From the NCBI GenBank assembly GCA_947258385.1, contig CAMYII010000039.1, forward strand, positions 19,723 through 83,722: 64,000 nt of DNA. The letters are read 5' to 3'. The notes beneath the pieces were generated by a model. The model was given only the letters and a program-made list of their open reading frames with translations. It had not been told where the DNA came from and did no database searches. Both the position numbers and the translations under genes were made by a program. Every line of letters begins with the position of its first letter. Positions within the stretch are counted from its first letter, which is position 1. Positions 17,017-26,671 of this stretch are shown here, one piece after another. The DNA is from Acidiferrobacterales bacterium (lineage in GTDB: Bacteria; Pseudomonadota; Gammaproteobacteria; Acidiferrobacterales; SZUA-150).

Positions 17017-20000
17017 TCATTGTCCCGTGCCGCGGGAGAATATCTGTTCGGCCGCGCCTGCCGGCGCCATCATACCCAAACGCATCACCCGCTTGTGTCC
17101 CGATAGCGCATATCTTACCGTGACGCGCTTGACCCGGTAACCGCCCAGGCGGCCGCTGTGCTCGGGAAAGTCCTTGCGGTAGTACGTTTTCTTTCCCGAT
17201 TCGAATACTTTCAAGAACTTTACGAACGCGTTGTAGCCCGTATAGCGCTCTTCGAGCACAAGATCCCCCAGGTGAATCTCGAGCGTGACATTGCCACAAT
17301 CCTGGGGAGACCACACAAAGGTCTTGCCGGCAGGATAATTATAGTTGTCGAACGCGATGTTGCCCGAACCGCACTCGAGCGTGAGCCGTGTCATGCTGGG
17401 CTTGACCGTTGCACTGCGATTCACGTCGGTGGGCCTGCCGGAGACCAGTACGCGGTAACTGCCCGCCAAGTCCTGCGCGCCCACCTTGCCCCGATTGAGC
17501 GCCTGCAGAAACGCGCCATTGAACGCGAGCGCCTCGCCATACAGGGTGCGAGAGACATAACCCGTGGTCAGGTCTCTTTCCACGAACGGGGAAATCCTGC
17601 TGTCGTAAAACTCCCACATCTTGCCGCTGGCGCCCTGCAAGGCTTCGATTCGGGACCATCCCGTCAAACCGGCGATGTCCGCCAATACCTCTTTCTCCCA
17701 GGCCGACTGAATGTAACGCTCCGATTCCACGATCAAAGCCGCCCAGATATGCCTGGCCCGCTGCTCCAGCAACTGCCAGAATATCTCTTCCCCCGCCTGC
17801 CCCTTGCCCAGGATTCCGCGCAGTCTCGCCTGGGACCAGAAGTTTCTGGAAACAGGCTGCTGGGGTTCGGCACCGGGGTTGTCCGCCTCGACATACACCG
17901 CTTTTACCAGCTCATAGGCCGCCTGCGTGGAGAGCACCGCGCCGGCGCTGGTGGCCAGGGTCTGCTGATAACCGCTGAAATACGGATAGGCCTTGATGTC
18001 CTGATAAAGGGCGGTCTCTTCATCCTCAACCTGCACCGTCTGATCCGTTAGCCTGCGGCTGCGCTTCTTCTTGGACAGTTTATCAACCAGACCGTAACCC
18101 CCTTTGAGAATTGCCTGATGCTGCGGGTCGGTCATTTTTTGATAGCGCTCAACCAATCGTACCCACGCCGGGATTTGATCGCGCTTCGTGCTGAGCTCGA
18201 CCGCCGGCCGCACACCTTCCATCAGGTCAGCCAGCAGATGATCATAGGGTGATTCATTTGTGCCAAGCTTCACGACGAGCTCTTTTTTCTTGTCGCGCTC
18301 CGACCAGCCACGCGCCCCAATGTCGAAATTGAGGATGAAATTCTGCCACTGCAGGAAATATTCCTCACGATAGCCGGATTCGAATTTCGCACGCTTTTCC
18401 CTCAGCAACTCGGAGCCGGGCAGCGCCGCTTCGACACCCGCCAGAAAATCCCGGATGGCCTCCCACCCCCTGGGCGTATAGGCCTTTTCGATGACGAGTA
18501 TCTTGCGGTCCTCTTCGGCCGGCGGCGCCGCACCCCAGTAGGTCGCCGCCGTAATAGCCGCCAGACGGTCCTGGCGGTTCGCCCAATCCGCGAGCCAGTC
18601 AAGACCCAAACCCTCAATCGATATCAGGAGTCTTAAACGTTCGTATTCCTCAGACAGTTCCCTGTTCAGCACCCGGTCATCTTCCTGGGTGGCAATGTAG
18701 GTCAGGTAGTTCTGCTGCATCAACTTCGCCACCGAGACCCTGTCGTCGGCATCTTCGATAGCCAGGAACAAACGGAAATCGGGCTGATCCAGCTGGCTCA
18801 GCGCCTCCCATGACTGGTCCGTCTCGATGGCGGTACGCAGAAGACGAATGCGCCTGCTCATGAAATCGACATAGGTGGCGATGTCGACCCGTTCTGTATG
18901 CCGGCTGAGGCTGCGCCTTTGCCGATCCAACTCCTTCTCAACCTGGATCAGGATGCCCTTCTTGAATTTCTTGTTATAAATCGTGGCGAGCCGCGTCTCC
19001 ACCTGCCTGCTCTGGTTCAGACCGAACCTTGGGGCCCACCAACTGTCATTGTGCTCAATAAGACGTTGAACGGCCGTGCGGAAATCGGTCAGCATCGCGA
19101 TATCCGCTTTGTACTCGTCCCGCAAATCAAGCATCGCCGGCAGTTCGTTGTCCACGTTGTGGAGAACGGTGAGATTCTTGAAGAATGCCGCGGTCATCAA
19201 TACACCGCAGAACAGGCAGAAGAAGACCCAACTGCTCAAACCGATATTCTGCTTGATACGGCGCAGATACACGGTCTTGGCCGTCGGCGCGACCAGCGAC
19301 TGGTCATTTTTCAACACCTTGCCGAATACATCCCGCAGGAAAAAGCTTGTATCGCCTGGAGACTGCGGATGCTGCTCGTCCTGGAAGCCCAACTCCGGCA
19401 GGAAGCTGGAATGTGGCACGCCGTCCTGATGGGCGCTTGAAAAATAAATGCCTCTTAACAGCGGTTTGTCCTGATAGATATCCTCCCCGAGCAGGATACC
19501 AAGATAGGCCGCGAGCGGTTTTTCAAGCCGGCTGACCTCTTCGGGAAACACCACGGCCTGGGCACCGGTATCGTCACCCGCCTCGCCCAGCAGGCTCAAA
19601 CGCAGCACGCTGAGATCGTTATAAATCTTCTCGAACATGCGCGAGATCAATGTCTCGCGGTCGACATCAAGCAGAAACTCACTATTGAGGGCGCCCATGG
19701 CCTGACTCAGCGACGCCTCCGGAAAGCGCTGAAAGAACTTCGACATCCCGGCGATCCGGTCACACTTTGTGATTAACAGATAAATGGGAAACTTAACGCC
19801 CAGACGGCGCATCAATTCGTCCACGCGCTCGCGCAAATGAATGGCTTGTTGTTTCAGCCGTTCCGCATCCCCGGACAGCAGATCCTCCGCCGATACCGCG
19901 ATGATAAGCCCGTTAAGGGGTTCCCACTTCCTGTACCTGGCAAGCAGTGACAGAAATTTCTGCCATTCCGCCCTGTCTCCCTCGTTTTTGTGAATTGAAT

Positions 20001-20520
20001 AACGACCCGGCGTATCAAGAACGATTGCCTCTTCCAGGAACCACCAGTCACAGACCTGATCCTGCTCAAGAAATGTCGCGGGTTTTGATTCCAGCAGCGG
20101 AACGGAAATCCGGCTGTTACGAACGGCACTGGTCTTACCCGCTTTCCTGTCTCCAATAGTCACATACCAGGGCAGAACATATAACGGATTCCCTTTGGTC
20201 TTGAGGCGCGAGTGACGGAGTTTTCTGATCGACAACTTCCAGATCGTCTCAAGGCGCCGTATCCTCGCGACCGCCTCCTGATCGAGGCCCTCGACACCCT
20301 GGTATCTACTGCGAATCGCTTTGTATCTTTCGTTTAACCATTTAGTCACGGGCCGCCAATATCGGATCAGCAGAATAAGCCCGATGAACAGAAGCACAAG
20401 CACCGGGACCATTGAGAACGGCCACTCCATGGCGTAAACGATGATCCAGGCCCCAACGATGATTAAGACTAGCGCAACCGCGAGGAGCAACCACTTGGAA
20501 AAACTTGCGACGGCGGCCAA
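17017..20520 (-). CDS. tssM: T6SS membrane complex protein TssM (IcmF-like)
   Basis: 1167 aa with N-terminal TM helices, a Walker A-like GDRKAGKTS, and a long IcmF-type periplasmic region. Confidence 0.9.
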   Translation of the reverse strand: MAAVASFSKWLLLAVALVLIIVGAWIIVYAMEWPFSMVPVLVLLFIGLILLIRYWRPVTKWLNERYKAIRSRYQGVEGLDQEAVARIRRLETIWKLSIRKLRHSRLKTKGNPLYVLPWYVTIGDRKAGKTSAVRNSRISVPLLESKPATFLEQDQVCDWWFLEEAIVLDTPGRYSIHKNEGDRAEWQKFLSLLARYRKWEPLNGLIIAVSAEDLLSGDAERLKQQAIHLRERVDELMRRLGVKFPIYLLITKCDRIAGMSKFFQRFPEASLSQAMGALNSEFLLDVDRETLISRMFEKIYNDLSVLRLSLLGEAGDDTGAQAVVFPEEVSRLEKPLAAYLGILLGEDIYQDKPLLRGIYFSSAHQDGVPHSSFLPELGFQDEQHPQSPGDTSFFLRDVFGKVLKNDQSLVAPTAKTVYLRRIKQNIGLSSWVFFCLFCGVLMTAAFFKNLTVLHNVDNELPAMLDLRDEYKADIAMLTDFRTAVQRLIEHNDSWWAPRFGLNQSRQVETRLATIYNKKFKKGILIQVEKELDRQRRSLSRHTERVDIATYVDFMSRRIRLLRTAIETDQSWEALSQLDQPDFRLFLAIEDADDRVSVAKLMQQNYLTYIATQEDDRVLNRELSEEYERLRLLISIEGLGLDWLADWANRQDRLAAITAATYWGAAPPAEEDRKILVIEKAYTPRGWEAIRDFLAGVEAALPGSELLREKRAKFESGYREEYFLQWQNFILNFDIGARGWSERDKKKELVVKLGTNESPYDHLLADLMEGVRPAVELSTKRDQIPAWVRLVERYQKMTDPQHQAILKGGYGLVDKLSKKKRSRRLTDQTVQVEDEETALYQDIKAYPYFSGYQQTLATSAGAVLSTQAAYELVKAVYVEADNPGAEPQQPVSRNFWSQARLRGILGKGQAGEEIFWQLLEQRARHIWAALIVESERYIQSAWEKEVLADIAGLTGWSRIEALQGASGKMWEFYDSRISPFVERDLTTGYVSRTLYGEALAFNGAFLQALNRGKVGAQDLAGSYRVLVSGRPTDVNRSATVKPSMTRLTLECGSGNIAFDNYNYPAGKTFVWSPQDCGNVTLEIHLGDLVLEERYTGYNAFVKFLKVFESGKKTYYRKDFPEHSGRLGGYRVKRVTVRYALSGHKRVMRLGMMAPAGAAEQIFSRGTGQ

Positions 20521-20525
20521 TTAAG

Positions 20526-21239
20526 CTATCCCTCTATCACGCGCGCTATGACGTTTCCGACGACTCCGTTCAACACAAGGGAATAGACAAAGAACAGAAA
20601 AAGGAGCAATACGGGCGGGGCGAATATTAGCCACACGCTTGAAATCAGCCAGGCCGATCTGGTTTTGTTCGGCTGACGCTCGCCTCCCTGATCCATCTTC
20701 CCTTGATAGGCATCGTCGAACATGGTCTTCTTCGTATATGACCGCAACCCTTCTATGTTCCCTGTCAGCATATTGAGCGTCGACTGTTTGAGCTGCTCCA
20801 GCAGCATCTCATCACCGTCATGACAGTAACGTCCCATGAACCCAAGACACAAGCACACATAATACACTTCCCGCACCGCGTGCTGATCGGGAGACAGCTG
20901 CGTCAATCGCTCGAAAAACTCATCACCGGCGTTCTTGGTGTTGTAAAACTCCGTTTGCAGCTGGAAACGCTGCCATTTCGCCTTATGCATCCAGGGCATA
21001 TTCAGGATCGTCTCATCGACCCAGGCGCACGCCGCAAATCTCGCGTCATCATAATCACGCGGATCGACCCCCAGCATCCTCATCTGCTCGGCGGAATCCA
21101 GGAAAAGAGAGCGCAGTTTTTCACTCACCTCTTCAAACGGGAGCTGTCGCTGTACGCAGGTCTGCTTGAGCAGCATCGTGTAGGCAAAAACGCTGACGAA
21201 ACACTCGCTCAGCAGATGATCAATCTTGTTATTTCCCAT
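20526..21239 (-). CDS. tssL: T6SS membrane complex protein TssL (DotU-like), no peptidoglycan-binding extension
   Basis: DotU-type cytoplasmic domain plus a single C-terminal TM (WLISSVWLIFAPPVLLLFLFFVY). The likely start is the internal ATG (MGNNKIDHLL), overlapping the tssK stop. Confidence 0.85.
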   Translation of the reverse strand: MGNNKIDHLLSECFVSVFAYTMLLKQTCVQRQLPFEEVSEKLRSLFLDSAEQMRMLGVDPRDYDDARFAACAWVDETILNMPWMHKAKWQRFQLQTEFYNTKNAGDEFFERLTQLSPDQHAVREVYYVCLCLGFMGRYCHDGDEMLLEQLKQSTLNMLTGNIEGLRSYTKKTMFDDAYQGKMDQGGERQPNKTRSAWLISSVWLIFAPPVLLLFLFFVYSLVLNGVVGNVIARVIEG

Positions 21240-22644
21240 AAACCACCAACAGCTGCATTTCGGTTTCAGCCGGCGGGTTGTCCATGTAAATGGCAACGTT
21301 CAGCCCGTCCCGGACGGCGTCCCACGCCTGACCCTGTGTATCGAACTGGAAATAGATGGTATTGACGCGCCTCGGTAACACGGTGGGCGGAGCCGGCAGG
21401 TATTCCAGGGGAACGCCGGGCAGCGATCTGGCCATCAGTATCGGCAGGTGCTCCTTGGCGCCCAGCTTGGCGATCGTCTGCATCATGGCCACGACCCCTT
21501 CGGCCGGCAGTTCCGAGCGCACAGAGAGGTAATATTTATTATTACCCTTGAATACACGTTCGCCGACATCGGAATAGAAGTAAGTGCCGTCGAAATGCAG
21601 CGTGCTGACATAGTCAGGCCCAGCCGTCAGCTCGTCGAGCAGGTTAAGCAAAATCTCGCCGGCCTGACCGAAGCACCCGGCAAGGTCTTCATGCTGGTAT
21701 TCGGGCATGCCTTTACCTTCGGGCTCTTCATCCAGCTTCCCGAAGACATCGAAACGGGTGGAAAACGTCGACAGCTCCCCCACAATGCGGCGCAGGACAC
21801 CGTATATGATCCAGGGATGGGCGGCACTTTGCTCGGTCAGGTGGTGAAGCTCGGGAATGTACCGGTTGAGCGTATTCAGGGCCAGGAGGTATACCATATC
21901 CCTGGCACTGAATTCCTCCGCCGCCATCCCTTTTGCGCCTTTATAGAGCGCGAGATCACGACCTCGCGTTGTCAGCAATTCCTTGGCATTGCGTACCATT
22001 CTCGCCAACTGCGGTGATGCTTCCACACGCATCAACGGCGGGATAAATCTGTCCGATAGTCGCACTTCGCTGCCCGAGCGTTCTATCTCGCCGACCTTAA
22101 TCAGGTCAAAATCGACCGCCTGCTCGATTTCGTCCTCAAAAAAAACCTGTAGATGGTAATCCAGGAAAGAGATCGGTTCCTGCTGATCATCGGCGTAGAG
22201 ATCATAGGTCGGCGTCGGATTCTCCAGCGCACGATAGCGGTTTGCGTTGATGCCACCGGTATCCTTCGGCTCAGTGCCATCTTCCTTGGCGGCGGCCGAT
22301 ACATTCGACCTGCCGGGAAACAGCCTCTTCAGGCCGATATATACCGCCAGCGGCTTGCCCGAGGCATCCCAGGAATCCTCGAACGACTTGCGGCCCAAAT
22401 AGGCGTTTCCGGGGTAACGTACCGCCGGCGCGTCGGGAAAGACAAGCTCACATTGCTCGACTTCGAATACCTGGTTGTTCAGGGCCGATTGCAGAATGCT
22501 CAAAGACGACACCCCCCAGGGGTGGGGCGTCGTAATCGCGCGCACATCGCGCAGCTGTGTCTGGTGGAAAAGATCCTGCTGCTGGAAATGCTGCGGTCTT
22601 AAGAATGTGCCCTCGTACCAAAAAATCGGCCTGTTTCCACTCAT
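21229..22644 (-). CDS. tssK: T6SS baseplate protein TssK
   Basis: 471 aa from ATG 22644. The N-terminus IFWYEGTFLRPQHFQQQD is canonical for TssK. Confidence 0.9.
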   Translation of the reverse strand: MSGNRPIFWYEGTFLRPQHFQQQDLFHQTQLRDVRAITTPHPWGVSSLSILQSALNNQVFEVEQCELVFPDAPAVRYPGNAYLGRKSFEDSWDASGKPLAVYIGLKRLFPGRSNVSAAAKEDGTEPKDTGGINANRYRALENPTPTYDLYADDQQEPISFLDYHLQVFFEDEIEQAVDFDLIKVGEIERSGSEVRLSDRFIPPLMRVEASPQLARMVRNAKELLTTRGRDLALYKGAKGMAAEEFSARDMVYLLALNTLNRYIPELHHLTEQSAAHPWIIYGVLRRIVGELSTFSTRFDVFGKLDEEPEGKGMPEYQHEDLAGCFGQAGEILLNLLDELTAGPDYVSTLHFDGTYFYSDVGERVFKGNNKYYLSVRSELPAEGVVAMMQTIAKLGAKEHLPILMARSLPGVPLEYLPAPPTVLPRRVNTIYFQFDTQGQAWDAVRDGLNVAIYMDNPPAETEMQLLVVYGK

Positions 22645-22758
22645 AACCCCACCCCAGGAAGGCTGGCGCGAACCGCGGCAGAAGATTCGTGACACTCGTA
22701 TTGAATCATCGGGTCGCGGTCTGTTGACGTGCCCAAAATACGGATCATCATAAGCACT

Positions 22759-23256
22759 TTAATTGAGAAACCCGTCCTTCCCCAGTCTCAAGGTGAGTTT
22801 CGTTTTCCTGGGCCCGGCCCAGACGATGAATTTCCACAGCTTGGCCGGATAAAGCCGGCTGAAATTGCCTTCACGCCGATTATAGAAACCGGCCACGACA
22901 CCGACATAGCGTACGTCGGCCGCTCTGTCCATGGTCAGCACACGGCTTTCCCCGGGTTGGATCACAAGCTTGCGCCGCGATTTTACCGATGCGTCAAACG
23001 ACTGCCCTTCAAGGAGCACGGACACGCCCTCGGGGTCCTCCAGCATCTGATTGAATATATTCGGTTCAGACAACTGATAGAACACCAGCGCTATCGTGTG
23101 GGGTTGCTTGTAAAACCAATTGACATCGGCGGTGGCCTTGATATCGACCACGAGACCTCTTTCCCGGTATTGTATTTCCTTGGGGCTCGCGCAACCGGCC
23201 AGACCAGATAAAACCAGCGCGAATACCAGTAATACTTTTATGCATCTTGTGCTCAT
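22759..23256 (-). CDS. tssJ: T6SS outer-membrane lipoprotein TssJ
   Basis: 165 aa with a signal peptide and lipobox (LVLSGLAG-C). The position upstream of tssK-L-M fits. Confidence 0.8.
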   Translation of the reverse strand: MSTRCIKVLLVFALVLSGLAGCASPKEIQYRERGLVVDIKATADVNWFYKQPHTIALVFYQLSEPNIFNQMLEDPEGVSVLLEGQSFDASVKSRRKLVIQPGESRVLTMDRAADVRYVGVVAGFYNRREGNFSRLYPAKLWKFIVWAGPRKTKLTLRLGKDGFLN

Positions 23257-23993
23257 TTTGACTCCGATCCCTCTAAGCTTGACTGCAAGTTCTTTTTATA
23301 CATGGCGCGGAAATCCCGTACGAGGTTCCCCTTGGCATGATATGCCTCTAGTTGCTGATACTTGTCATGAAAAGCGTCGTAAAGAGACGCTTTGTAAAAC
23401 GGCCCAAGCTTCATTTTACTTTCCACATAGGCCTGTAAGGATTCCGGTGCAATGGCGCTCAACAGGCGGTCGAATGATTCCTTGACCGCCTCGCTCATCG
23501 CCTTCTTGTTATTCAATGTTGCCTTGCCAATATCGTCGATAAGCCCCTGCAATGACTCCTCGCCCGCGCTTTTTGTCGCCGCAATGGCCCGCAGGCCGGA
23601 CACGATGGCGTCGATAATGCCGTCGGCCTCCGCGATTAAAGACGCCCTGTCCGCTTTCACGTGTGAGCCGGCATCCGCGCCATAATAAACACCAATGAGC
23701 TTCTCCAGAACGGTCTTCTGCCGACCCAAATCGGCCACCGCGCCGCCCCCACGAGAAGCCTGTCTCAGGGAGCGCGGGAGACCCGTCAACAGACAGTCCA
23801 CATCCTGGAGTATCCGAGTGACATCCGCGCGGCCTGCGTCCCGTAAAGTATAGGCAAGATACATTCTGATCACGGCGCCGCGATCTTCCCCCGGCAACGA
23901 CCGGCAACGGCGAAAGACCAAACGCAGGGAATCGACCAAGCGCTGGGGTTCCTGCTCCGGCAGACCTCCGGCAAATACCATCTTTGTGCTCAC
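23253..23993 (-). CDS. Hypothetical protein (246 aa, predicted helical), T6SS-linked orphan
   Basis: The ORF is translationally coupled on both sides. Its GTG start overlaps the TGA of the upstream gene (GTGA), and its stop overlaps the tssJ start by 4 nt. I recognise no family motif. Confidence 0.6.
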   Translation of the reverse strand: MSTKMVFAGGLPEQEPQRLVDSLRLVFRRCRSLPGEDRGAVIRMYLAYTLRDAGRADVTRILQDVDCLLTGLPRSLRQASRGGGAVADLGRQKTVLEKLIGVYYGADAGSHVKADRASLIAEADGIIDAIVSGLRAIAATKSAGEESLQGLIDDIGKATLNNKKAMSEAVKESFDRLLSAIAPESLQAYVESKMKLGPFYKASLYDAFHDKYQQLEAYHAKGNLVRDFRAMYKKNLQSSLEGSESK

Positions 23994-26671
23994 TTGTTCT
24001 TATCAGGGTTGTCGGCACGAGGTCTGACTATGATCGTCTCAGCGAGTTCGCCATAGTCCTCCCCTTCGTTGTCTTTTTGTGCCTCCCCGGCTGGTTTTGC
24101 ATCGCCTCGCCGGGCTCCAGGAGACCCCGAGGCCGGTATCGCGCCGCCTCCGGCGCCGCTGTCCCGCGAGACGATGATCGTCTCATCGAGATCGGCTGCC
24201 GGTCCCCCCACGGGCCCCGTCGCGGCCGGCGCATCCCTGGTCGTGCCCTGCCGATGCACGCCGGCTCGCGATGCGATGATGGTCTCGTCGAGTGGGGCCG
24301 GGCCGCCTGCATCTTTAGACGCCTCGACCTTAACACCTTCCCGAGGCGGCTTTGTCCGTTTAGGCGCTCCCACCGGCTTCCCACCGGTCGGTTCCACCCG
24401 CTGCTGCTCTTTATTTGCCGCTTTGCCGGCGGCGGAGCTGTCCCCTGGCACGAGATCCGCTTCACTCTGCGCTCGCATCCCGGCGCTGATCTTATCGAGC
24501 CAGGACGGATCTTCGGTCAGTTCGGTCAGAACCGCATGGATGTCATCGTCCATCACAGGGGGGTCCACGAATAAGGCCTGTTTAATGCTCTGCGTTATGT
24601 TCTCCAGATCGCGCAGGACGGCATCCAGGCTGTCCCAGGATGACTGCACCGACCCATCGGCCAGGGTATAGGCATAACTGAACGAGGGAATCTGGGTAAT
24701 CAGGCAGAAACCCAGGGTCAAAATATTTTGCCATAATGCCGGCGGGAGCGCCCTCGCCGAGGCCTCGTCCGGTTCATAAAATATATTTTTTCTATCAAAG
24801 ATCTCGTTTGTCAGCTCGAGCCGCAACTGTTCAAACAGGTTACTTCGCAAGTGCGTGCCTGATTGATCCACGCCTTCACGCGAGAATGTCTGCTCCAAAA
24901 GCGCGGCGATATCGCGACAGCGCTGATGGACCCTGCTCATGTCCTGCGACTTGTTGGCCAGCAGGGCCCGGAAAAGCATCATGCCCAGACTGTACAGATC
25001 GCACTCGATACCAAATGATCTGTGCACTCTAAATGGTATGTCGAAACGTGGCGCGGCACCGAGGTTACGCATCTGCACCAAAGCCGGGGATGCAAGAGCA
25101 ACCGGCAGCGAGGACAACCTCAGTGAGCCGTCGCTTGAACCCGAGCTGATGAAATCGACATCAAAGCTCTCCTGGAACCCCTGTCCCCTGCCGAAGCGGA
25201 TGCGCACGAGATCGCTGCCCCGGCAGTCCGCCAAATTGACGCCGGTCGCTTCGAGATTGGCCACCACTACGTGGGTGTTCTCCTCTTGTGAGTCAACCGC
25301 TCGAATGGTCAACTTTCCGCTATGAGACTGCCTGAACAGGCCACTGACGATGGCGGGGTGCGTGTATGCAATATTGAACTGTTGCGGCGGTTGATAGCGC
25401 AGGGCCCCGCCTTCGCTTACGTGAATGTCTTCCAATATTGGCAAGGCGCTATCCAGACCTGTGAGGCGGCAGCGGAAATCCCAGAAAGGCGGTACTGTCT
25501 TACCCGCATTTCCGAAATCGAGCCACGCGTTCATTGGCCTGATGCTCAAATGCGGTCTCTGCAATCGCTGGTGCACTGCCCTAACACCTTTGCACATCTC
25601 CTCGAAGACCGCGAGCTTGATATACGACACCTCCAGACCCGGGCGCCCGTTGTCATCATTCGCAAAGAGCAAATCGGCAAACATGTCCGGTGGGTACTCA
25701 ATGGTCTCCAAAACCTGCAAACGATCAAATTCGTGATTATCGGCCAGGGATTGTTTCAGGTCCTGCCAGTGCTGCCCCCCGGCCAGGTCGCAATATTCAT
25801 CGAAATGTAACGGCAAAAACTCATGCACAAACGCCTTGAACTGATAGAAGGAAAAAGGCACGAGCAACCGGCTCGCCTCTCCCCCGGCGTCTTTTTCCGT
25901 CCCGGAATAGCACGATTTGGCGTAAGAACAGCCGACACAAGGAAAAGCGGGCAATTTCGTCTTGCCCGAACCCAGAACGAGCCTCGCGAAATCCCTGATG
26001 AGCTCCCAGCGATCGCCAACGACCCCCGGCGCGCTTCCGTCTGATTCATAGGCATAAAAACGCTTGCCGTCGGACGACGCGCCCGAGACACATTTCGGAC
26101 AATACAGATAACGATAAGGCGAGCTCGAGTACGGACGCAGGCCGGTTTGAGTCAAGAGACTCTCATCCCTGCAATCAGTCAGCGGTTCGCCACAGTTCGG
26201 GCACGGGGGATTGAAATAGACCTGCTGGCGCTTACAGAAAAACAGCGGCAACAGCTCATCCAGACCGCCCGCTTGCGGCGCGGATACATTAAACGGGATG
26301 ATCCGCACCACGGGCTCGTCGTCAGAATCTGGGAATTCGCTGAGCGCGGAGAACTCGTCCTGAAAAACCCTGCCAATAAGCTGATTATTCCCGGCAGTCT
26401 CTGTGGTGAGGGAATGCGAAGGGCGCCAGTCCTTCAGGGCCTTTATTATCACGTCACGCTTGAGCCCCGCTTGATCAGCACTGAGCCTGCCGAGATACGA
26501 TGTGCCCGACAGCCCGCTCGCTTCGATCTGAGCAAAGGGCGTGGGCAGCGATTCGAACTCGCCGCCTTCGGGCGGCCTCCGCAATTTGACCTCCAGTGAG
26601 AGCGGTGGACGCTCGCCGGCGAGGTACTCGCCAAAATTGGCTGATCCAAATCCCACGCTTCGTTTGCTCAT
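23990..26671 (-). CDS. Protein-kinase-like (probably degenerate) protein with Cys-rich zinc-ribbon insertion and low-complexity tail bearing three ETII repeats
   Basis: 893 aa with an AGGAAG SD. Kinase landmarks occur in order: DVIIKALKD, HLSIRPMN (HRDLKPxN position), RLTGLDSA (DFG position) and DLYSLGMMLFRALL (subdomain IX). CxxC pairs are CPNC, CPKC and CVGC. The C-terminal ~160 aa are P/G/A-rich. Confidence 0.6.
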   Translation of the reverse strand: MSKRSVGFGSANFGEYLAGERPPLSLEVKLRRPPEGGEFESLPTPFAQIEASGLSGTSYLGRLSADQAGLKRDVIIKALKDWRPSHSLTTETAGNNQLIGRVFQDEFSALSEFPDSDDEPVVRIIPFNVSAPQAGGLDELLPLFFCKRQQVYFNPPCPNCGEPLTDCRDESLLTQTGLRPYSSSPYRYLYCPKCVSGASSDGKRFYAYESDGSAPGVVGDRWELIRDFARLVLGSGKTKLPAFPCVGCSYAKSCYSGTEKDAGGEASRLLVPFSFYQFKAFVHEFLPLHFDEYCDLAGGQHWQDLKQSLADNHEFDRLQVLETIEYPPDMFADLLFANDDNGRPGLEVSYIKLAVFEEMCKGVRAVHQRLQRPHLSIRPMNAWLDFGNAGKTVPPFWDFRCRLTGLDSALPILEDIHVSEGGALRYQPPQQFNIAYTHPAIVSGLFRQSHSGKLTIRAVDSQEENTHVVVANLEATGVNLADCRGSDLVRIRFGRGQGFQESFDVDFISSGSSDGSLRLSSLPVALASPALVQMRNLGAAPRFDIPFRVHRSFGIECDLYSLGMMLFRALLANKSQDMSRVHQRCRDIAALLEQTFSREGVDQSGTHLRSNLFEQLRLELTNEIFDRKNIFYEPDEASARALPPALWQNILTLGFCLITQIPSFSYAYTLADGSVQSSWDSLDAVLRDLENITQSIKQALFVDPPVMDDDIHAVLTELTEDPSWLDKISAGMRAQSEADLVPGDSSAAGKAANKEQQRVEPTGGKPVGAPKRTKPPREGVKVEASKDAGGPAPLDETIIASRAGVHRQGTTRDAPAATGPVGGPAADLDETIIVSRDSGAGGGAIPASGSPGARRGDAKPAGEAQKDNEGEDYGELAETIIVRPRADNPDKNK

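Noticed and set aside
7278-17106. Several long plus-strand ORFs inside the T6SS core (7278-8297, 8544-9266, 13816-14946, 15877-17106)
   Set aside because: All are antisense to well-supported clpV, tssC and tssA genes. Their composition is low-complexity Arg/Gly/Asp-rich, and none has an SD or a recognisable domain.
24168-24184. Perfect palindrome GAGACGAT-g-ATCGTCTC inside the kinase-like gene
   Set aside because: It is the coding sequence of the peptide ETIIVS. The other two ETII repeats use different codons and are not palindromic, so this is most likely a codon coincidence, not a DNA-level site.
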